Shown: one piece after another, positions 6,805 to 10,972 of the stretch
Position numbering within the stretch: the stretch's first letter is position 1
Layout: the number at the start of each line of letters is the position of its first letter
From: Candidatus Krumholzibacteriia bacterium
GTDB lineage: Bacteria > Krumholzibacteriota > Krumholzibacteriia > LZORAL124-64-63
Length of the DNA stretch: 10,972 nt
NCBI GenBank assembly: GCA_036351155.1
Contig: JAZBOO010000352.1
Location: forward strand, 1-10,972
Reading direction: 5' to 3'
Program-made: the position numbers and the translations under genes
Notes under the pieces: model-generated
What the model was told of the DNA's origin: nothing
What the model saw: only the letters and a program-made list of their open reading frames with translations
The model's database searches: none

Positions 6805-9249
6805 TTACTGACAGGGGTCATCATCGAACGAGGTCTGGCGCTTGGCGCTGAACTCGAGGCTGAACCCCGCGATCCGGGTCTGCGGCGGGTCGGTCAGGAT
6901 CAACTGGACCAGATTGCCGCTGATGGTTCCCTGGATGCTGTCCCCGCTGTTCGAGGTGACGGTCAAGGTCGGCAGCGTCACGCCGATCTGATCGTCGGCG
7001 AGGCTGAGCCACTGGTTGGATTCTCCCTCGGCGGGCACGTAGAAAGCCAGGACGGGCCAGGACCCGGTTTCGAATTCCCCGATGGCCGGCACCCGGGTCA
7101 CGTAGAAGTTGGGAAAGTCCTCGAAGCTGCCGGGGCGGAAGTAGAAATTGGTTCCGCTTTCCCCCTCGGCGTAGAGATCCTGGTAGGCGGCAAAATCCCC
7201 TCCCACCGTGCCGGACAGCTCGCCGCTCAGGGTGGCTTCCCACTGACAGACGCACTCGTCCACCGTGATATCGACACTGGACTGGATCTGGGTACCGTCA
7301 ATCCGGGCCGTGATGGTGACCTGCCCCACAGGTGAGCCGGGCGCCTGATAGGTGTCTCCGGTGAAGAATCCCGCGGTGGCGCTCCACGCGATCTCGTAAG
7401 CCTCATCGTAGTTGGACACCTGGGCGGTGAACTCCTGGGTTGCGCCGGGTTCCAGACAGATGCCTGCCGGAGTGATCTCGATCCTGGCACAGTAGATGTT
7501 GGCTCCGGCAAAGCGGCGCGGTGTACCACTGGCCCGAATGCCTCCGCTGGCGGCACTTTCGGCCTCGATGGTGATGGCCCCGCTCCAGGCCTGGCTGGGC
7601 GTCTGGTAAACACCGGTCAGGCCCTGGTCGTCCACCGTCCCGATGCTGGCGGACCAGTTCAGGTCATCGTCGTTGGCGTTCTCCACCTCGGCAAAGAAAT
7701 AGACCTCATCTCCAGGCTCCACGTCATAGCGGGCGGGGCTCAGACTCACCTCGATGGCGTGGACGGTCACGTTCTTGAACCGCAGCAGTCCCTGGTAACC
7801 GAAGTAGCCTTCTTTCTTCCGGACGCGCAGGCGTGAGGTGCCCACCTCGTTGGTCTCGTACGCGTTTCCGGTCGTCACGATGACGGCCTGCCCCTCGACC
7901 ACACTGGCCTCACACAGGGAACTCACCTCGGCGGTCCACTGGTCGGCGGGAATCTCGGCCAGGCCGTCCTGGGGGTTGCCCAGCACGCCGCCGATGACCT
8001 GGTTCAATCCTTCGGAGACCAGCATGCCCGAAAAATCCTGGCCCATCTGCGAGGCCATGAACTGTTCGATGACCTTGCCCGGGGCGTTGCCCAGCCCGCC
8101 TGCTCCGGCATACTGAACCAATCCTTCCAGAACCGCGCGATCCACCGTCCAGCCCTTGCTGACGGCCACCGGCTGCAGGGTCCAGGTTCCCGGATCCTCT
8201 TCATCTTCGTGAAAATCGCTGGGCGAGAGCACCAGGTCGTCCTCGGAAAACAGGAACGACGAGGGGTACAGATTCTCGGCGGCCTCGATCGCTTTCGCGT
8301 ATCCCCACAGGCCGGTTCCCACGCCCAGTGAGGCGGTTTTCATGACGGGGTGCAGGCCGATCACGGCCATGGTCTGCGCCGTGCGGGTGAGAATCTGCTG
8401 GCCGTTCTGGCCGTTCAGAATCTTGGCCAGCTGGGCCTTCCACATCAGGTCGCTGAGCACCTGGGCGCTGACCTGCCCTCCCTTGGCGGCCAGGTCCCAG
8501 GAAAGCTTCACGGGATCCACCAGATCCAGGCTGTCCAGCCGCGCGTGCTGCGTGGTCACCAGCCCGCTGAAGCCGGCCATGGCCACGGCGGCATCCAGAT
8601 GCACCGGATTCAGATTGAACTGGGTGATGAGCGGGGAGGTCCCCTCGGCAATGGCGCGCAGGCTGTTGGGGTTGTCGGGCATGTCGATGGTCTCGTAGGC
8701 CAGGTACAAGGGCGCGCGCAGATCGGTCAGCTGGCCCGGGTCGGCAGCGTCCAGCTCGGCGCGGCTGGTGCCGTGGGCGGCCAGCCAGGAGGTCAGCAGA
8801 CCGCTCAGGGCATCGGTCATGGCGGTGAAGGCTCCATCGCTTTCGGGCAAGGCGGAAATGTTGACGTCCACCCGGTTGCTCATCAGCTTGCTGCCGTCGG
8901 TGATGAGCATGGTGGCCGCCCCGCCGGCTTCAGGGTCGCCGGGATGGGGAGGGGCCAGCACGGTCCAGGTGTTGCCCTCACGCAGCACCAGACTCTGGGC
9001 CATGTTGCCCGTCACCGGGTCGGTGAACTCGGCCCACAGCTGCTCCGCGTCCATCTGGTCGGAAAGGCCCGTCAGGCCGATCTCGGTCAAGGGGGCACCG
9101 GAACCGGAGGCCAGGCTGATGGTCACCTGGTCAGGGGTTTCGTTCTCCGGACCGGTGGCGTCGTCGCCTCCGCAGGCGACCAGGAGGGTCAGGCCTGCGA
9201 GTAAACCCAGGAAAAGGGCCCGGTGGGATCGTTGCTTCAGGATCGTCAT
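6805..9249 (-). CDS. Large multidomain lipoprotein of unknown function with tandem Ig-like (Big_2-like) repeats, 814 aa
   Basis: Signal peptide II MTILKQRSHRALFLGLLAGLTLLVA|CGGDDATGP, then an acidic linker, a beta-rich N-domain, a helical middle, two aligned Ig-like repeats (7258-7755) and a beta-rich C-terminal domain. Acidic, Gly/Thr/Ser-rich composition typical of surface proteins. Confidence 0.88.
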   Translation of the reverse strand: MTILKQRSHRALFLGLLAGLTLLVACGGDDATGPENETPDQVTISLASGSGAPLTEIGLTGLSDQMDAEQLWAEFTDPVTGNMAQSLVLREGNTWTVLAPPHPGDPEAGGAATMLITDGSKLMSNRVDVNISALPESDGAFTAMTDALSGLLTSWLAAHGTSRAELDAADPGQLTDLRAPLYLAYETIDMPDNPNSLRAIAEGTSPLITQFNLNPVHLDAAVAMAGFSGLVTTQHARLDSLDLVDPVKLSWDLAAKGGQVSAQVLSDLMWKAQLAKILNGQNGQQILTRTAQTMAVIGLHPVMKTASLGVGTGLWGYAKAIEAAENLYPSSFLFSEDDLVLSPSDFHEDEEDPGTWTLQPVAVSKGWTVDRAVLEGLVQYAGAGGLGNAPGKVIEQFMASQMGQDFSGMLVSEGLNQVIGGVLGNPQDGLAEIPADQWTAEVSSLCEASVVEGQAVIVTTGNAYETNEVGTSRLRVRKKEGYFGYQGLLRFKNVTVHAIEVSLSPARYDVEPGDEVYFFAEVENANDDDLNWSASIGTVDDQGLTGVYQTPSQAWSGAITIEAESAASGGIRASGTPRRFAGANIYCARIEITPAGICLEPGATQEFTAQVSNYDEAYEIAWSATAGFFTGDTYQAPGSPVGQVTITARIDGTQIQSSVDITVDECVCQWEATLSGELSGTVGGDFAAYQDLYAEGESGTNFYFRPGSFEDFPNFYVTRVPAIGEFETGSWPVLAFYVPAEGESNQWLSLADDQIGVTLPTLTVTSNSGDSIQGTISGNLVQLILTDPPQTRIAGFSLEFSAKRQTSFDDDPCQ
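7258..7755 (-). repeat. Two tandem Ig-like protein repeats within the lipoprotein
   Basis: IEVSLSPARYDVEPGDEVYFFAEVENANDDDLNWSASIG...VYQTPSQAWSGAITIEA aligns by eye with IEITPAGICLEPGATQEFTAQVSNYDEAYEIAWSATAG...TYQAPGSPVGQVTITA (shared P, EPG, FxAxVxN, WSA, YQxP, GxxTIxA). Confidence 0.8.
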
Positions 9250-9252
9250 TTC

Positions 9253-9344
9253 TTTGTCCCCGGTATTCGTTCGTGGAAAGACCGCCAGCCGCCCGGTGGG
9301 GGCGGCATACCTATTCAGGGGGAGAAACGGATTCTGGGGACAAA
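9253..9344. promoter_or_regulatory. Long-range inverted repeat overlapping the lipoprotein RBS, with nested GC hairpin
   Basis: TTTGTCCCC (9253-9261) / GGGGACAAA (9336-9344) is a perfect 9-bp IR, extended imperfectly by GGTATTCGTT (9262-9271) / AACGGATTCT (9326-9335). Nested GCCGCCC (9288-9294) / GGGCGGC (9300-9306). The repeat is seen directly; its regulatory role is inferred. Confidence 0.5.
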
Positions 9345-9369
9345 ACCGGACAGAAATAATCCGAAAAAA

Positions 9370-10972
9370 TTAGCGCACGCGGCGCAGAAGCTCCCGGGCG
9401 TCCTGGACCTGGGGATGGTCGGGCCCCACGGTTTCGGTCAGGATCGTGAGGGCTTCGAGGGCCAGATCGGCCGCCTGGTTGGGGTGGTGGCGATCCTCTT
9501 CGACCTGGCCCGCTTCCAGGAGAGCCAGGCCGAACTTGTGCTGAAAATTGGGGAGATGGCGGCGATGCATGGCCAGGGCCTGGTCCAGGAACGCGGCGGC
9601 CTGATCGAGCTGGTGCGCTGCCCGCGCCGCCTGTGCCCGGCGGGTCAGAGCCACCGCCAGGGCGGGATTGTCCTCGCCGTACAGTTCCCGGAAAATGCGT
9701 TCCCCGGTCTGGAAGCGCCGGTCGGCCTTGCCAGGGTCTCCCTGGGCCAGGAAGGCCATGCCCAGATTGATCTCCGCCGCCGCCACATAAACGTGGGCCT
9801 CGCCGAAGGCGTTGCGCTGGATCGCGACGGCTTCTTCAAGAAGCGGGACCGCTTCATCCGCCTGCCCTTTTTCCACCAGCAGGTTGCCCAGGTTGATCAG
9901 CGAGGTGCCGATGTCCACCCGGTTGTGTTTCAGGTGTCTGCGGATCTCCAGGGACTTGCGGTGCAACTCCTCGGCCCGGTCCAGATCGCCCAGGGTGTGA
10001 GCCACCAGGGCCCAGTTGTTGTACAGGCTGCCGAAGTAGCTGTGGTGCGGGGGGAATCCCCGCTGGAAGTGCACCTCGGCTCTGGCGTAGGCCGAGTCCG
10101 AAGCCGCCATGCGCCCCAGCCCATTCAAGGCCACACCGTAGTTGGTCCAGGCCCGGGCCAGGGTGGCCTGAAGGTCGGGGTCCTCGGGATCCAGCATGGG
10201 CAATATCTCCCCGTATATCCGCACCGCTTCCACAAAGTCGCGTTGCTCGGAAGCGATCCGTGCCTTGATGCTGTAAGGGATGGACAGCCACTGTGGATCG
10301 GATTGCGGGTTCGCCAGACGGTATTCCAGGCACAGCCCCACCTGCTCGGCCGCCTCCTCGGCCAGGCCCAGCTCCAGCAAGGTCACGGCCAGGTCCAGAC
10401 GGGTGTCGGACACCTCGGCGCTGGAATCACCATGGACGCTGATGTCATCGACGAGCTGCGAGGCAAACAGCTCGCGGCTCTGCTCGAAGAGGCCCAGACG
10501 GAAGTACACATCCGCCAGAACGTCACGCAAAACAATGCGCTGCTGGGGGTCATCGGCCAGCTGGTTCACCTGGCTGCGCCCGCGGTCCAGGATATCCCGG
10601 GCGGTCAGGTCCGCACCCTGGTTTTCGTTGGGGTCCGAGACATTGAACAGATCGAGCAGGAAGGAGCTGACGGTGCGGGCGCGCAGGGCCTCTCGCTGGG
10701 CTTGATCGCGCTGACTGGCGGCCTCACGGGCCTGCCAGATGGTGGTGCCCAGCCCGGTGGCCACGGCCAGGGTGATCAGCACCAGGGCGGAAGTGGCTAA
10801 GCGGTTGCGGTCGATGCGTCGCCTCAAGCGATAGCCGAAGGTGTTCCTGGTGGCCCGGACGGGCAGGCGCGCTGCCCAGCGTTCCAGGTCTTCGTCCAGG
10901 GCGTGGACGGTGGCATACCGATCGGCTGGCTCCTGGGCGAGGGCCTTGAGCATGATGTTGTCGAGGTCGCCG
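9370..10972 (-). CDS. Membrane-anchored Hanks-type Ser/Thr protein kinase with C-terminal TPR array; 5' part (most of the kinase domain) lies outside the window
   Basis: The frame is open to the right edge and reads GDLDNIMLKALAQEPADRYATVHALDEDLERW, i.e. kinase subdomain XI, so ATG 10953 is internal. Then PVRA...YRLRRRIDRNR, a TM helix LATSALVLITLAVATGLGTTIW, FLLDLFNVSDP...LTARDILDRG, and multiple TPR repeats (e.g. SLYNNWALVAHTLGDLDRAEELHRKSLEIRR, SLINLGNLLVEKGQADEAVPLLEEAVAIQR), ending GPDHPQVQDARELL. Confidence 0.94.
   Translation of the reverse strand, partial: GDLDNIMLKALAQEPADRYATVHALDEDLERWAARLPVRATRNTFGYRLRRRIDRNRLATSALVLITLAVATGLGTTIWQAREAASQRDQAQREALRARTVSSFLLDLFNVSDPNENQGADLTARDILDRGRSQVNQLADDPQQRIVLRDVLADVYFRLGLFEQSRELFASQLVDDISVHGDSSAEVSDTRLDLAVTLLELGLAEEAAEQVGLCLEYRLANPQSDPQWLSIPYSIKARIASEQRDFVEAVRIYGEILPMLDPEDPDLQATLARAWTNYGVALNGLGRMAASDSAYARAEVHFQRGFPPHHSYFGSLYNNWALVAHTLGDLDRAEELHRKSLEIRRHLKHNRVDIGTSLINLGNLLVEKGQADEAVPLLEEAVAIQRNAFGEAHVYVAAAEINLGMAFLAQGDPGKADRRFQTGERIFRELYGEDNPALAVALTRRAQAARAAHQLDQAAAFLDQALAMHRRHLPNFQHKFGLALLEAGQVEEDRHHPNQAADLALEALTILTETVGPDHPQVQDARELLRRVR

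Noticed and set aside
9223..10800. 525-aa plus-strand ORF
   Set aside because: Antisense shadow of the kinase-TPR gene, with no recognisable domain.
10951..10953. ATG start for a stand-alone 527-aa TPR protein
   Set aside because: The frame continues upstream (GDLDNI-M) through kinase subdomain XI to the window edge, so this Met is internal.
1..10972. CRISPR array, IS/transposase, integrase or prophage
   Set aside because: No regularly spaced repeats, terminal inverted repeats with a transposase, or phage-like genes are seen. Coding density and composition look like ordinary chromosome.

Overview
GC-rich bacterial chromosomal window with eight protein-coding genes, two truncated by the window edges. 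No rRNA, tRNA, CRISPR array, transposase or phage gene is visible. Left to right: (1) a lipoprotein S9-family serine peptidase on the minus strand (<1..1709), absent from the ORF track because it runs off the edge; (2) a 3-TM YgjV-like protein with a GNAT-like C-terminal domain; (3) an exported DUF3465 protein; (4) an 836-aa HerA/FtsK-superfamily ATPase with a long coiled-coil tail, behind a structured ~320-bp intergenic region; (5) a DUF2780 protein; (6) a DUF4332 tandem helix-hairpin-helix protein ending at a strong bidirectional terminator; (7) an 814-aa multidomain lipoprotein with tandem Ig-like repeats; (8) the 3' part of a membrane Ser/Thr kinase-TPR gene. Two candidate systems stand out. 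One is a HerA-like ATPase / DUF2780 / HhH cluster with no nuclease or SIR2 partner. The other is a kinase-TPR / orphan lipoprotein module whose 120-bp spacer can fold so as to occlude the lipoprotein RBS. Family assignments come from motif recognition by eye, not database searches.
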